DNA of 64,000 nucleotides from an uncultured Nitrososphaeraceae archaeon (GCA_963837175.1 CAWIMJ010000057.1:96001-160000), one strand, 5' to 3'. Counted from the first letter of the stretch, positions 33,972 to 44,041 are shown. Made by a program: numbers and translations. The notes: generated from the sequence alone by a model not told the origin.

Positions 33972-34520
33972 TTACTCGACGACTTCCGCAATAGATTCTT
34001 CGGTAGAGAGTGGCACATTCCTATCTACCTTATACTTGAATAGTTCTGAATATTCCATATCTAATATAACATTTCTTCCTACCTGTTTTATTTTTGACTT
34101 TGGAACATCGAATCTATAATTATATTCACCAAATATAACGATCTTATCTTCTGTTTCCTTCATTATATGTCCTATGTGATCCTCATTTTCTATTCTGACT
34201 CCTTTATTGAAGAGTGATTTTGGATATTTTCGCTCATAGCTAGCAAGGTCTATATTTTTACCCTGACTCCAATGCTCACTTGGTGCATCTATAGGTAGTA
34301 AAGCGTCATGATCTACTTTGTACTTCTTCACAATGCTTTGAAGATTAAGACCAATTAGCACATTTCTTCCAGTAAATTGAATTTCTGACTTTGGGATATC
34401 ATATCTATTGTTTTTTTCACCAAATATGATGAGCTTGTCATCTGTTTCTCTCACCACATGTCCGATATCCGGAACATCTAATGCCATCACGCCTTTGTTA
34501 AAGTATTTTCCTGATGTCAA
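33972..34520 (-). CDS. Hypothetical protein with two internal repeats (PRC-barrel-like)
   Basis: FNKGV...IGH..ETxDK..IFGE.N.R.D.PKS.I..GRNV occurs twice. Confidence 0.75.
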   Translation of the reverse strand: MTSGKYFNKGVMALDVPDIGHVVRETDDKLIIFGEKNNRYDIPKSEIQFTGRNVLIGLNLQSIVKKYKVDHDALLPIDAPSEHWSQGKNIDLASYERKYPKSLFNKGVRIENEDHIGHIMKETEDKIVIFGEYNYRFDVPKSKIKQVGRNVILDMEYSELFKYKVDRNVPLSTEESIAEVVE

Positions 34521-34724
34521 TAACCTTGATCTATTATAATATATCAGATTAACTCAACTCAGCAGAATTTTATACAAATCATAATATATGTGATTAATAA
34601 CAAACAAATATTACATGATAAAAGTTATTTCATAAATTAAATAGCAATTGTTTTGTTAAATTCAAGAGAATCTACGATAAAATCTCTCGCTTGCCAGATC
34701 GGCTAAGACTTCCGTTTCCATAAT

Positions 34725-34922
34725 TCAAAGCCCATCCATATTTGGCATTTTGATATCAACCATAAGCAAATCATACATACCAGCTTCTTTTCTAAAATTC
34801 TCCAACGCCAACACAGGATCAATAAATGAATCGACTTTGAATCGATTTTCTTCTAAAACCATCTTTATTGCTAAATTCACATCAGACTCATCGTCTACTA
34901 TCAAGACTCTCTTGTTTATCAT
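34725..34922 (-). pseudogene. Truncated response regulator receiver domain
   Basis: VLIVDDE...YDLLMVDIKMPNMDG followed by a stop. Confidence 0.8.
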
Positions 34923-35152
34923 TGGTCGAGCACCTTCACTTTAAGTCGTCGATTAAGAATTGACAGAGTAAAGTAAAAGATATTTCTTTTTTCTCTATGA
35001 GTATTAATATTATTATTCTTCGCCCATATCTTTCCACCATGGGCTTCAATTATGCTTTTTGCAATAAACAGTCCTAATCCAGTACCTTCAAACGATTTGG
35101 AAGCAAACTTGACTATTTTGACAATATTTCTGAGTCTATGCCTTCACCAGTA
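34920..35152 (-). pseudogene. Histidine kinase HATPase_c C-terminal fragment
   Basis: TGEGIDSEIL, FASKSFEGTGLGLFIAKSIIEAHGGKIWAKNN on the minus strand; not in the ORF track. Confidence 0.85.
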
Positions 35153-35156
35153 TTTT

Positions 35157-35552
35157 TTACACTAATAATAGCTTCCTTTTGGTTATCTTTCCTTTGTTTG
35201 GTTCTATTTCAGGATAATACAACCAGTTGAAGAATCTAATAAAATGAATTCTGTATAAGTTGTAAGTGACAATCCGTTTGTACGGCGGACCAGCCGCTTC
35301 TGGTTTTCTATAACTATCAAAAAAAGATAAGATATCTTGTCTTGTGATTTGTTTGAATGATTTATTATTATTATTACTATTACAAAAGATTGATAATTTG
35401 CTTAAAAGATAGATAATGTCTTGTCTATACTGATCTGATAGATTTATTTCTGTTTTCATAGCAAGAATATATTTAGCTATAGTCAGTGCATTCTCTTTAG
35501 ATATATCTTTTAAAAGACGTCTATAATATGGAATTAGTCCGGCTGTGACCAT
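35157..35552 (-). pseudogene. N-terminal fragment of a tyrosine integrase/recombinase
   Basis: ENALTIAKYILAMKTEINLS, ITRQDILSFFDSYRKPE, TYNLYRIHFIRFFNWLYYP resemble Nitrososphaeraceae integrase N-termini; no catalytic domain. Confidence 0.7.
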
Positions 35553-35709
35553 CTTTATCTTTATATCAAATAATGAATCTTCAATGACTGTAGTTGTGGT
35601 AGTTGTGGCAATAGCAGTTGTACAAACAGGCAGCCGTCCTTCTAGATTTAATCACATAAAACGATGGCTTCGACTAGACATATAAGTATCTATTCCAAGC
35701 TATCTATGA

Positions 35710-36510
35710 ATGGAGTTAGAAGGAATTCTAAATAAATTTGCACAAGGTCATCTCAGCATAAAAGAAGTTCAGAAACAGATTTCTATCCATTCCATAGAAT
35801 ATGTCCGAAATAATCTTGCTCAATTAGATATAGGAAGAGAAATTCGAAAAGGAGTACCTGAAGTAGTGTTCGCAGAAGGCAAAGAGTACCGAGATATTGT
35901 CCGTATAGTCCTAAGCGCCATAAATAAAAAAGAAAATGTTATGGTTAGCAGAATCAGAAGAGACGAATTGTCTAAACTTTGCAGAAATTTGAAAAAGAGA
36001 AATCTCAAACTCGAGATAGGAAAACATAGTACGACTATTTTAGTCTCGAAGGGAAATCATCAAACCACAAAAACTGGAGCAAAAATAGGTATCCTTACAG
36101 CTGGTACGTCTGATATTGGTGTTGCAGAAGAAGCTAGACTGGTTGCAAACGCTATGGGTTGCGACGTTATTTTCACATACGATGTTGGAATAGCAGGAAT
36201 TCATAGACTTTTCTCTCCATTGGAAGAGATGATTAATAAAGACGTTGATGCTCTAGTAGTTGTTGCAGGAATGGAAGGCGCCCTTGCTTCTATTGTTTCT
36301 TCAATAGTTGATATTCCCGTTATTGGAGTTCCGACCTCGACAGGATATGGATTTGGTTCCAATGGCATGGCTGCTTTAGCGTCTATGCTACAGAGTTGCA
36401 CATTTGGCCTTGCAGTAGTGAATATAGATAATGGTGTTGGTGCGGGCGCATATGCTGCATCGATTGCTAATAGAATGGTATTAAAAAGACAAGCCAATAT
36501 ACAGCCTTGA
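35710..36510 (+). CDS. larB: Nickel-pincer cofactor biosynthesis protein LarB
   Basis: R.GVPEVVFAEGK, TAGTSDI.VAEEA, DVGIAGIHRL, AGMEGAL, VPTSTGYG, VNIDNG. Confidence 0.95.
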   Translation: MELEGILNKFAQGHLSIKEVQKQISIHSIEYVRNNLAQLDIGREIRKGVPEVVFAEGKEYRDIVRIVLSAINKKENVMVSRIRRDELSKLCRNLKKRNLKLEIGKHSTTILVSKGNHQTTKTGAKIGILTAGTSDIGVAEEARLVANAMGCDVIFTYDVGIAGIHRLFSPLEEMINKDVDALVVVAGMEGALASIVSSIVDIPVIGVPTSTGYGFGSNGMAALASMLQSCTFGLAVVNIDNGVGAGAYAASIANRMVLKRQANIQP

Positions 36511-36596
36511 ATATTTGGTTATACCATTGAAGCGTCTAATGCTAAAAGGTTTATAAGTGCTTTCTATCGTTTGCTTTTTAATTATTAAAGTGGTGA

Positions 36597-37289
36597 ATGG
36601 TTATTATGACTCATATTAATACTCTTAAAAGAATTAGACAACATAAAACGAATTACCGTAAAAGGAGTGCAATATTAATTGGTCGACGACCTTTCATAAC
36701 TACAAAAATCAGCAGCCAAAATATTTCAGCTCAAACTTTGCAACCTTCTTTAACTGGTGATGTTGTAATTGCTTCTGCTCATAGCAGAGAACTTATTCAA
36801 CATGGCTGGAAAGGTTCAATGAATAACATGCCTGCTTGTTACCTTACAGGTCTGTTATTAGGAAAGAAATCTGTGGAAAAGGGATCTGCTAATGCGGTTT
36901 TATATACCGGAAACGATGCGTTTACAACTAGAGTAGCTGCATGTTTGAAGGGACTTGTCGATTCAGGGATTAATATTCCAGTTTCAAAGGAATCTCTTCC
37001 TGATAAAGACCGTGTGAGTGGAAAACATATTGCTGAGTATGCAAATTTGTTAAAGGATAATCAAGAAAAATATAATTCTAGGTTTTCTGCCCTTATAAAA
37101 CAAGGCTTGAGACCTGAAGATTATCCAAAACATTTTGAAGAGATTAGAATCAGAATTTTGGACAAATCCCCTCTTGAGAGCAAGAGATTAAATGAAGCAT
37201 CCAATTCAGTAAACAAATTGAACAAAGAAGAATTCCATAATAGTGTTATGAGTAGGTTAAAAGCCTCATCTAAAGGAGATAACGAGTAG
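36597..37289 (+). CDS. rpl18: Ribosomal protein uL18
   Basis: KTNYRKR, SAHSREL..GW, PACYLTGLL, GKHIAEYA. Confidence 0.95.
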   Translation: MVIMTHINTLKRIRQHKTNYRKRSAILIGRRPFITTKISSQNISAQTLQPSLTGDVVIASAHSRELIQHGWKGSMNNMPACYLTGLLLGKKSVEKGSANAVLYTGNDAFTTRVAACLKGLVDSGINIPVSKESLPDKDRVSGKHIAEYANLLKDNQEKYNSRFSALIKQGLRPEDYPKHFEEIRIRILDKSPLESKRLNEASNSVNKLNKEEFHNSVMSRLKASSKGDNE

Positions 37290-37291
37290 GA

Positions 37292-37912
37292 ATGAGTAGA
37301 TATTCTCGTCAACAAGAACAACATATAGAATGGAAACCTAGGACCACATTGGGTATAATGGTGGCTGGTGGAAAGATCAATTCTATTGATCAAATCTATG
37401 AAAATGGAATGCGAATTCAGGAGTCAGAAATTGTTAAAAAGTTATTGCCAGAGATAAAGAGTCAAGTAGTACATGTAGGAATTGTTCAGAAACAAACAGA
37501 TGCTGGTGAAATGACTCGGTTTAATGCATTAGTTGCAGTTGGTAACGAAGCAGGTTGGTTTGGAGTCGGGAAGGGTAAAGCAGCCCAAATGCGTATTGCA
37601 ATAGACAAGGCAACTACCGCCGCTTATCTTAATGTAATTCCAGTAAAGTTAGGGTGTGGAAGCTGGGAATGTAGATGTAATCAGCTTCATTCTATTCCAT
37701 TCAAGGTTCGAGGAAGAGGAGGCAGTGTGACAATAGAGATCCTTCCGGGCCCAAGAGGATTAGGTCTAGTTGCAGGTGAGAATATCAAAAGCCTTCTAAA
37801 ACTTGCAGGATTAAAAGATGCATGGACGAAATCTTTCGGATCAACAAGTACAATGGCGTCTACAATAAAAGCAATTTTCGATGCGCTCAGAAGCACCTAT
37901 ATGTCTGGTTGA
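37292..37912 (+). CDS. rps5: Ribosomal protein uS5
   Basis: WKPRT.LG, VQKQTDAGE, GCGSWEC, PRGLGLVAG. Confidence 0.97.
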   Translation: MSRYSRQQEQHIEWKPRTTLGIMVAGGKINSIDQIYENGMRIQESEIVKKLLPEIKSQVVHVGIVQKQTDAGEMTRFNALVAVGNEAGWFGVGKGKAAQMRIAIDKATTAAYLNVIPVKLGCGSWECRCNQLHSIPFKVRGRGGSVTIEILPGPRGLGLVAGENIKSLLKLAGLKDAWTKSFGSTSTMASTIKAIFDALRSTYMSG

Positions 37913-37921
37913 TGATGAGCT

Positions 37922-38381
37922 ATGGCTTATCTAGTTGTTCGAATAAAAGGAACTGTAAATGTACCGTATTGGGCTAATATTACTTTGGATAATCTAAATC
38001 TAGATAAAAGATTTCGTGCAACAGTCATACCAGAAAATCCCCAATGTCTTGGTATGTTACGGAAAGTCAAGGATATAGTTGCTTGGACGTCTGCCGATGC
38101 GGTAATTATAAAAGAATTGCTAGAGAAGAGAGGAAAAAGAACAGGATTTAAACCAATAACAAATTCTGATTTACCAGAAGGTTACAATACTATTGAAGAG
38201 CTTGCATCTGCCATTGCAGATGATAAGTTAACATTATCAAAGCTCGGATCCATTAAACCGTGGTTCGCACTTAATTCCCCTCGTGGAGGCTTTAAACGGA
38301 AAACAAAGACACAGGTACTCTCAAGAAGGTGTACTGGGAGAACATAAAGGATTAACTGATATTGTAAAGAGAATGTTATGA
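37922..38381 (+). CDS. rpl30: Ribosomal protein uL30; +1 insertion at about 38314
   Basis: YLVVRIKG, GMLRKVKD, PRGGFKR; removing one base restores YSQEGVLGEHKGLTDIVKRML (153 codons). Confidence 0.92.
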
Positions 38382-38463
38382 ATGGAGCAAAGCTTAAGTA
38401 AGGTGATATTATGAATTTACAACAACTTTCAAGATTACTTAAAAAAGGGAGAATGCAATAAAA

Positions 38464-38901
38464 ATGGCTACTAGATTTAGGAAAAGTAGAAGACAACGTG
38501 GCAGCAGATATTGCGGATGGGGACAGGTAGGTCAACATAGACAATCTGGTAGTCGGGGGGGTATTGGTGCAGCTGGAAAACATAAGCACTTCTATATTCG
38601 AACAGTAATTGAAGAGCCTAATCATTTTGGACACGACGCTTTCAATTCATATAACAGGAACCTGGTTCATAAGTGGCTTAACATCAGAGATCTAAATTCT
38701 GTCATTGCTAAACACGGTAAGGTAAACCAGGACGGGAAAGTTATTTTAGATTTGTCATCGCTTGGCTACGACAAGCTATTGGGTGGAGGCAAGGTTAACA
38801 GTGCTTTTGCAGTTAAGGTATCAAGTATATCAGCTGGTGCTAAAGAAAAAATTCAGCAGGCTGGAGGCGAGGTATTGTCAAATGAAGACATCACAAAATG
38901 A
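38464..38901 (+). CDS. rpl15: Ribosomal protein uL15
   Basis: RGSRYCGWG.VGQHR, GYDKLLGGG, AKEKI..AGG. Confidence 0.96.
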   Translation: MATRFRKSRRQRGSRYCGWGQVGQHRQSGSRGGIGAAGKHKHFYIRTVIEEPNHFGHDAFNSYNRNLVHKWLNIRDLNSVIAKHGKVNQDGKVILDLSSLGYDKLLGGGKVNSAFAVKVSSISAGAKEKIQQAGGEVLSNEDITK

Positions 38902-40312
38902 AAGCCCGTTTAGACGAGTAATTAAAGCTGCGTCTAGATATATCCCTCAGGTTGAAAAACCGAAAAAGAAAATATCGCTTACTGAAAAGTTTGTTTGGTG
39001 TGGCATAGCTCTTTTTGCATATTTAATTATGGGCCAAATACCCCTTTACGGTGTTACCAGCGATCCGAAGTTTGATTTTCTCGCATTTGCCAGGGTTATT
39101 TTTGCAGCACAACAAGGTACGTTGATGGAGTTGGGGATAGGCCCTATAGTTACTGCAGGATTGCTTATGCAGCTGCTTAAAGGTTCGGATCTAATTAAGC
39201 TTAATTTCAAGAATCCTGATGATAGGTCATTATTTACATCGGCTACAAAGATAGTGACAATTATTGTAATAATTGCAGAGGGCACATTATATGGTGTAAG
39301 CGTCTATGGCCATCTTGTAGCCTCACCGAGTATTATACCAATAGTGGTTGGACAATTAATTGGAGCCAGTATCATTGTAATGTTTCTAGATGAGCTTGTA
39401 CAGAAAGGCTGGGGATTAGGATCAGGTATTAGTTTGTTTATTATGGCAGGCGTAGCTCAGAGTATACTGTGGAGTATATTCAGCCCCCTGCCTGCTCAGG
39501 ATGGGCCAGTAGGGATAATTCCTTTTATTATAGATTCTGTAGCTACAGGACATGCTGAAGATGCTATCTTAAGATCTGGTCAACTTCCAAGCCTATTTGG
39601 CTTGGGAATTACTGGGGGTATACTACTGGTGTTAGTATATGTTCAAGGTATACATGTAGATATACCAATCGTATCTACAAAATATAGAGGGTTTACTGCT
39701 GTATATCCAATCAAGCTGTTGTATACATCTAACATTCCTGTAATTTTGTCATCAGCGCTCATTGCTAACGCAATATTTATGGGCCAGATGCTCTGGGCTA
39801 ATTACAATCCTCAAAATGATAATCCAGTTTTCAATTGGATTGCACAATTTGATCCTAGTGCACCGCAAAGTCCAACAGGAGGATTATTCTATTATCTTAC
39901 AGCTCCTAGAAGTTTTGAAACTGCAGTTCAGGATCCCGTTAGAGCAGTCGTTTATGTAGTATTTTTAACAACTATTGTAACAATTTTTGGGAGATTATGG
40001 GTGGAATTAGGGGGATTATCTGCAAAATCCGCTGCAAAGAATTTGCTAGATGCTGATGTGCAGGTTCCTGGTTTTAGAAGAGCTGAGGGGTCGGTGGAGG
40101 TTTTACTTAATAAGTATATTCCTTCAGTCACAATTTTAGGTGGCATTATCATAGGCCTATTAGCATCAGTATCGGATGTCTTAAACGTATTTGGTTCAGG
40201 AATTGGTATTCTTCTAATGGTGGATATTCTAGTAAACTATTACAATTTGTTGATTAGAGAACAAGTGGACACTCACATGCCTAAATTGGCGGCTCTTCTT
40301 GGCAGAAAATAA
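38882..40312 (+). CDS. secY: Preprotein translocase SecY (start moved to ATG 38882)
   Basis: GTLMELGIGPIVTAG, KGWGLGSGISLFI, YPIKLLYTSNIP. Confidence 0.97.
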   Translation: MKTSQNESPFRRVIKAASRYIPQVEKPKKKISLTEKFVWCGIALFAYLIMGQIPLYGVTSDPKFDFLAFARVIFAAQQGTLMELGIGPIVTAGLLMQLLKGSDLIKLNFKNPDDRSLFTSATKIVTIIVIIAEGTLYGVSVYGHLVASPSIIPIVVGQLIGASIIVMFLDELVQKGWGLGSGISLFIMAGVAQSILWSIFSPLPAQDGPVGIIPFIIDSVATGHAEDAILRSGQLPSLFGLGITGGILLVLVYVQGIHVDIPIVSTKYRGFTAVYPIKLLYTSNIPVILSSALIANAIFMGQMLWANYNPQNDNPVFNWIAQFDPSAPQSPTGGLFYYLTAPRSFETAVQDPVRAVVYVVFLTTIVTIFGRLWVELGGLSAKSAAKNLLDADVQVPGFRRAEGSVEVLLNKYIPSVTILGGIIIGLLASVSDVLNVFGSGIGILLMVDILVNYYNLLIREQVDTHMPKLAALLGRK

Positions 40313-40901
40313 AAAACGCGTAGTTGTAGTTGGAATACCTGGTGTCGGAAAGACTACCGTAATTTCTCGGCTGGCTGAAATTCTAAACCAAAGGGGAAGA
40401 CAAGCTGCAGTAGTTGTATTTGGTACGATAATGTTCGAAGAAGCAAGAAAACTAGGTCTAAACAATCGAGATGAAATGCGAAGACAGACAATTGAAGATC
40501 AGCAACGTATGCAAAACCTTGCTGCGAGAAGAATTGCTGATATGAAAGATAATATTGTGATTGTTGATACTCATCTTTTTATAAATACCATCGAAGGATA
40601 CTATCCCGGGCTTCCACTACATTTACTTGAAACTATAAAACCTACAAATATTGTAATGGTTGCTGCTCATCCCGAGGAGATAGCTAACAGAAGAAAAACT
40701 GATGCAACGCGTCATAGAGACGTTTCATCGATAGAAGATATTCAGCATCAACTTGATATTTCAAAAGGTATGGTTGCCACGTGTTCTGTACTAACCGGCT
40801 GTCCATTTATTATAATCATGAATAGAAACAACAAAATTGATGAAACCGCATCAAACATAGCTAAAGCATTAACAGCTGAAGAGCATGAATTAAGAAAATG
40901 A
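40299..40901 (+). CDS. adkA: Archaeal adenylate kinase
   Basis: GIPGVGKTT, RDEMR, VDTH, GYYPGLP. Confidence 0.94.
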   Translation: MAENKKRVVVVGIPGVGKTTVISRLAEILNQRGRQAAVVVFGTIMFEEARKLGLNNRDEMRRQTIEDQQRMQNLAARRIADMKDNIVIVDTHLFINTIEGYYPGLPLHLLETIKPTNIVMVAAHPEEIANRRKTDATRHRDVSSIEDIQHQLDISKGMVATCSVLTGCPFIIIMNRNNKIDETASNIAKALTAEEHELRK

Positions 40902-41497
40902 ATATTATTGATTCGATAATAATGCAGCTACTAGGTTTAACACCTCAATACACAAAACATCCACTCTTTCCAGGCATACTTACCAATATGATTGCAGCTG
41001 CATTAATTGCGATCAGAATGAACATTGCATTTTCATTATTACGAAAAAAGACGACTGACATAGAAAAGATGAATAAGGTAATGAAAGAAACCAATGAATG
41101 GCGAAAGCAGTACACCGATGCAATAAAAAAACAAAACAAGGAGCGTGTGACAGAATTAAAAGCGAAACAAGCTTATGTAAACAAAATGGCCATGGAAATG
41201 CAGCAGCAACAAATGCATCCAACGCTAATCTATGTGACACCCTCCTTCATGTTATGGATACTCGTATTTGCATCAATATTTAGACAATCTGGATCTCTTT
41301 CACCTGTAGAAATTTCATGGATAATGTGTGGTGAACAAGACCTGAAAACAAATACACAACTATATGAAAAAGGCGAATCTAAAGGTGGATGTTCTATTCG
41401 TGAAGTCTTTCTTTGGGGATGGTTCTTGATTACATTATCTGCATTCAGTGGGATAATATCCAAGGTTACACAGACTGTTATGCCAAGTTTGGGTTAG
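40898..41497 (+). CDS. DUF106 / EMC3-TMCO1 family membrane protein
   Basis: TM-coiled coil-TM layout, WGWF near the C-terminus, canonical position between adk and cmk. Confidence 0.8.
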   Translation: MNIIDSIIMQLLGLTPQYTKHPLFPGILTNMIAAALIAIRMNIAFSLLRKKTTDIEKMNKVMKETNEWRKQYTDAIKKQNKERVTELKAKQAYVNKMAMEMQQQQMHPTLIYVTPSFMLWILVFASIFRQSGSLSPVEISWIMCGEQDLKTNTQLYEKGESKGGCSIREVFLWGWFLITLSAFSGIISKVTQTVMPSLG

Positions 41498-41499
41498 GA

Positions 41500-42087
41500 T
41501 TGATATTTATTCAAAACCCAAAACAGAAGTTAAGCATTGTTATCTCCGGCTGGCCCGCGGTAGGTAAGACAACTATTGCAGCAGAACTTGCAAAAGAATT
41601 TAGATTAGAAATTTATAATGGAGGCGATATCTTGAAAATGCTTGCTGGGGAAAAAGGATATTCAATTTCTGGAAAAGACTGGTGGGATACAGAAGATGCA
41701 AAAAAATTCATGATAGAACGAAAATCAAATCGTTGCTTTGATAAAGAAGTAGATCGAAGACTAGTTGAAATAGTTAAAAAAGGAAATGTCGTAATTACAA
41801 GTTATACTCTTCCATGGTTAGTTCAAGATGCCTTAAAGTTTTGGCTTAAAGGGTCACAGAGTAATAGAGCAAAAAGAATGGCCTATCGAGATAACATATC
41901 TTTTGAGGATGCTACAAATATTGTCAATTCGAGGGATGAGGATAATATAAAGATCTATCGTGAAATCTATGGATTCAATTTCGGTAAAGATCTTTCGGTT
42001 TTTGATTTTGCTCTAAATACTGATCTAATAAGCCTTAAAGCCTTAATTCTCATATCTAAAAGTATAGTAAAACATCTTATAATTTAG
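41500..42087 (+). CDS. cmk: Cytidylate kinase (archaeal type); probable TTG start
   Basis: ISGWPAVGKTT, DKEVD, RAKR...RD, YREIYG. Confidence 0.9.
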   Translation: MIFIQNPKQKLSIVISGWPAVGKTTIAAELAKEFRLEIYNGGDILKMLAGEKGYSISGKDWWDTEDAKKFMIERKSNRCFDKEVDRRLVEIVKKGNVVITSYTLPWLVQDALKFWLKGSQSNRAKRMAYRDNISFEDATNIVNSRDEDNIKIYREIYGFNFGKDLSVFDFALNTDLISLKALILISKSIVKHLII

Positions 42088-42116
42088 TATAGCGGTAGGT
42101 GATGAAATAAATCAAT

Positions 42117-43178
42117 TTGACTTTTCCGCAGTTACAAAATCTAGTAAAGATAGATGACGATATTACTAATGAAAAGTATGGCTTTCTTCCAGACAAAAGG
42201 CCGATAGAATCATTGCTTAATTATGGATTAATTTTGATTGATAAACCAGCCGGTCCAACAAGCCACGAAGTAGTAGCATGGATAAAAAGAATATTGGATA
42301 TTGAAAAGACAGGACATAGTGGCACGTTAGATCCAGGAGCCACCGGGCTTTTGCCAATAGGGCTGGGCGAAGGGACAAAGGCTCTCTCTGTCCTACTCTT
42401 AGGACCAAAGGAATATTATGCATTAGCACGCATTCATTCTCATATATCTGAAGAAAGGATAAATTCAGTGATTGGAGAATTTGTGGGTGATATTTATCAA
42501 AGGCCACCGCAGCGATCATCTGTAAAAAGAGCAACCCGAGTACGAACACTATTTGAATTTGACAAAATGGAACAAAATGACCGTCTTGTTTTGATGCGAA
42601 TATTATGTCAAGCTGGGACATATATTAGAAAAATAGTTTATGATATAGGTGAAGTATTAGGCCCGGGAGCTACGATGGTGGAGCTTCGACGGACTAAAGT
42701 AAGTAACTTTTCAGAAAGTGAAGAAGCTCTCACAAAATTACACGATCTAGCTGATGCATATCAGTTATATAAGGAGAAAAGAGAAGATGCAAAGCTACGT
42801 AGATTGATAAAACCAATCGAACATTCTCTAGAGGGAATACGCGCAGTTGTGATAAGAGATACAGCGGTTGATGCACTTTGTCACGGTGCACAACTAGCGG
42901 TTCCTGGAGTAGTGGCAGTACCTGCAAATCTGAAGCCGGATGAGCTTGTCGGCGTATATACCTTGAAAGGAGAAATAGTTGGGCTGGCACAGGCTGCATT
43001 GACAACAACAGAAATTGAAAGCAGTACTAAGGGTCTTGCATTTTCAATAAAAAGAATAATTATGAAACCAGGCACTTATCCAAAAGTATGGCGCAAAGGT
43101 GGCCAAAATTTCAGCGAAGCAAAGAGTCAAAATATAAATATTAATCTTGATAAATTAGACGATGCAGATTTGGAATAA
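42117..43178 (+). CDS. cbf5: H/ACA pseudouridine synthase Cbf5
   Basis: DKPAGPTSHEV, GHSGTLDP, QRPPQRSSVKR, AGTYIRK, PUA domain. Confidence 0.96.
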   Translation: MTFPQLQNLVKIDDDITNEKYGFLPDKRPIESLLNYGLILIDKPAGPTSHEVVAWIKRILDIEKTGHSGTLDPGATGLLPIGLGEGTKALSVLLLGPKEYYALARIHSHISEERINSVIGEFVGDIYQRPPQRSSVKRATRVRTLFEFDKMEQNDRLVLMRILCQAGTYIRKIVYDIGEVLGPGATMVELRRTKVSNFSESEEALTKLHDLADAYQLYKEKREDAKLRRLIKPIEHSLEGIRAVVIRDTAVDALCHGAQLAVPGVVAVPANLKPDELVGVYTLKGEIVGLAQAALTTTEIESSTKGLAFSIKRIIMKPGTYPKVWRKGGQNFSEAKSQNININLDKLDDADLE

Positions 43179-43185
43179 AAGAAGA

Positions 43186-43344
43186 TCAAAGTGATTCACC
43201 GAGACCTGGGAATTGCCTTTCTAATCTAGCGATATTTTTTGCCAGGTTATCCATTGTACCTGGAATGTGACAATTGCATATACATTCTTCACATTCTATA
43301 TGATTTCCATTCTTACACTGGTCTGAGAATTGTTGATTTTCCAT
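43186..43344 (-). CDS. 52-aa Cys/His-rich microprotein
   Basis: MENQQFSDQCKNGNHIECEECICNCHIPGTMDNLAKNIARLERQFPGLGESL; below the track cutoff. Confidence 0.7.
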   Translation of the reverse strand: MENQQFSDQCKNGNHIECEECICNCHIPGTMDNLAKNIARLERQFPGLGESL

Positions 43345-43762
43345 AAAAGATAATATCTAATCTCATAAACCTTATTTTTACGTTTGTCTTATAATGTAAG
43401 AATATTATCCCTTAACTACAAATTAGACTAGATTACGATGTAAAATAATAGAATTAGCAATGTCTGTTAACATAAGTAAAGATAATCCTGAAGATGAATT
43501 CAAAGATTATATGATGTTATAATATTGTAGTAGAATATTAATGAATCCGAAGTTCCTGTTCATTGTAAAGAAAAATTATTATTAACACACTTTTAATTGT
43601 ATATTTCTCTACTAAAAATCCTTTAAATCAAAATGTGAGTTGCTCTCTAAGATTCTACGCCAAGAATCTCTTGCAAGGAGATTCCTAATAAAATAGTAAA
43701 CGAAACTAATATGATCTGCTTACCTATCACTTAAATCGTATGAGATTGAATCTACTATCAAC

Positions 43763-43930
43763 ATGCATCAAGATGACTTGAAGACGGTATGGATCTGTAA
43801 CGTCTGCCGGATGAGGTTTCTTTTTTTTTCAGATATAGAAGATCACAAAGCTAAAACTGGACATTCAGGCATAAAAAAGTATGATTTGTCGTCTGGTAAA
43901 TTACTTGAAAGTATCATGTGCGATATCTAA
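43763..43930 (+). CDS. 55-aa C2H2-type zinc-finger microprotein
   Basis: WICNVCRMRFLFFSDIEDHKAKTGH = C-x2-C-x12-H-x5-H; below the track cutoff. Confidence 0.72.
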   Translation: MHQDDLKTVWICNVCRMRFLFFSDIEDHKAKTGHSGIKKYDLSSGKLLESIMCDI

Positions 43931-44041
43931 TCCTAATCTGGCTCCATTCAAATGGCGAGATTCTATATTTACTCGTATTTTATAATGTAAGTATGAATGG
44001 TTTGAATGGTTAATATACAGATTTAATTAGGAAATTACACT

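Noticed and set aside
38300-38381. Programmed ribosomal frameshift in rpl30
   Set aside because: No slippery heptamer or obvious stimulator at the site; it matches the other single-base insertions, so an artefact is more likely
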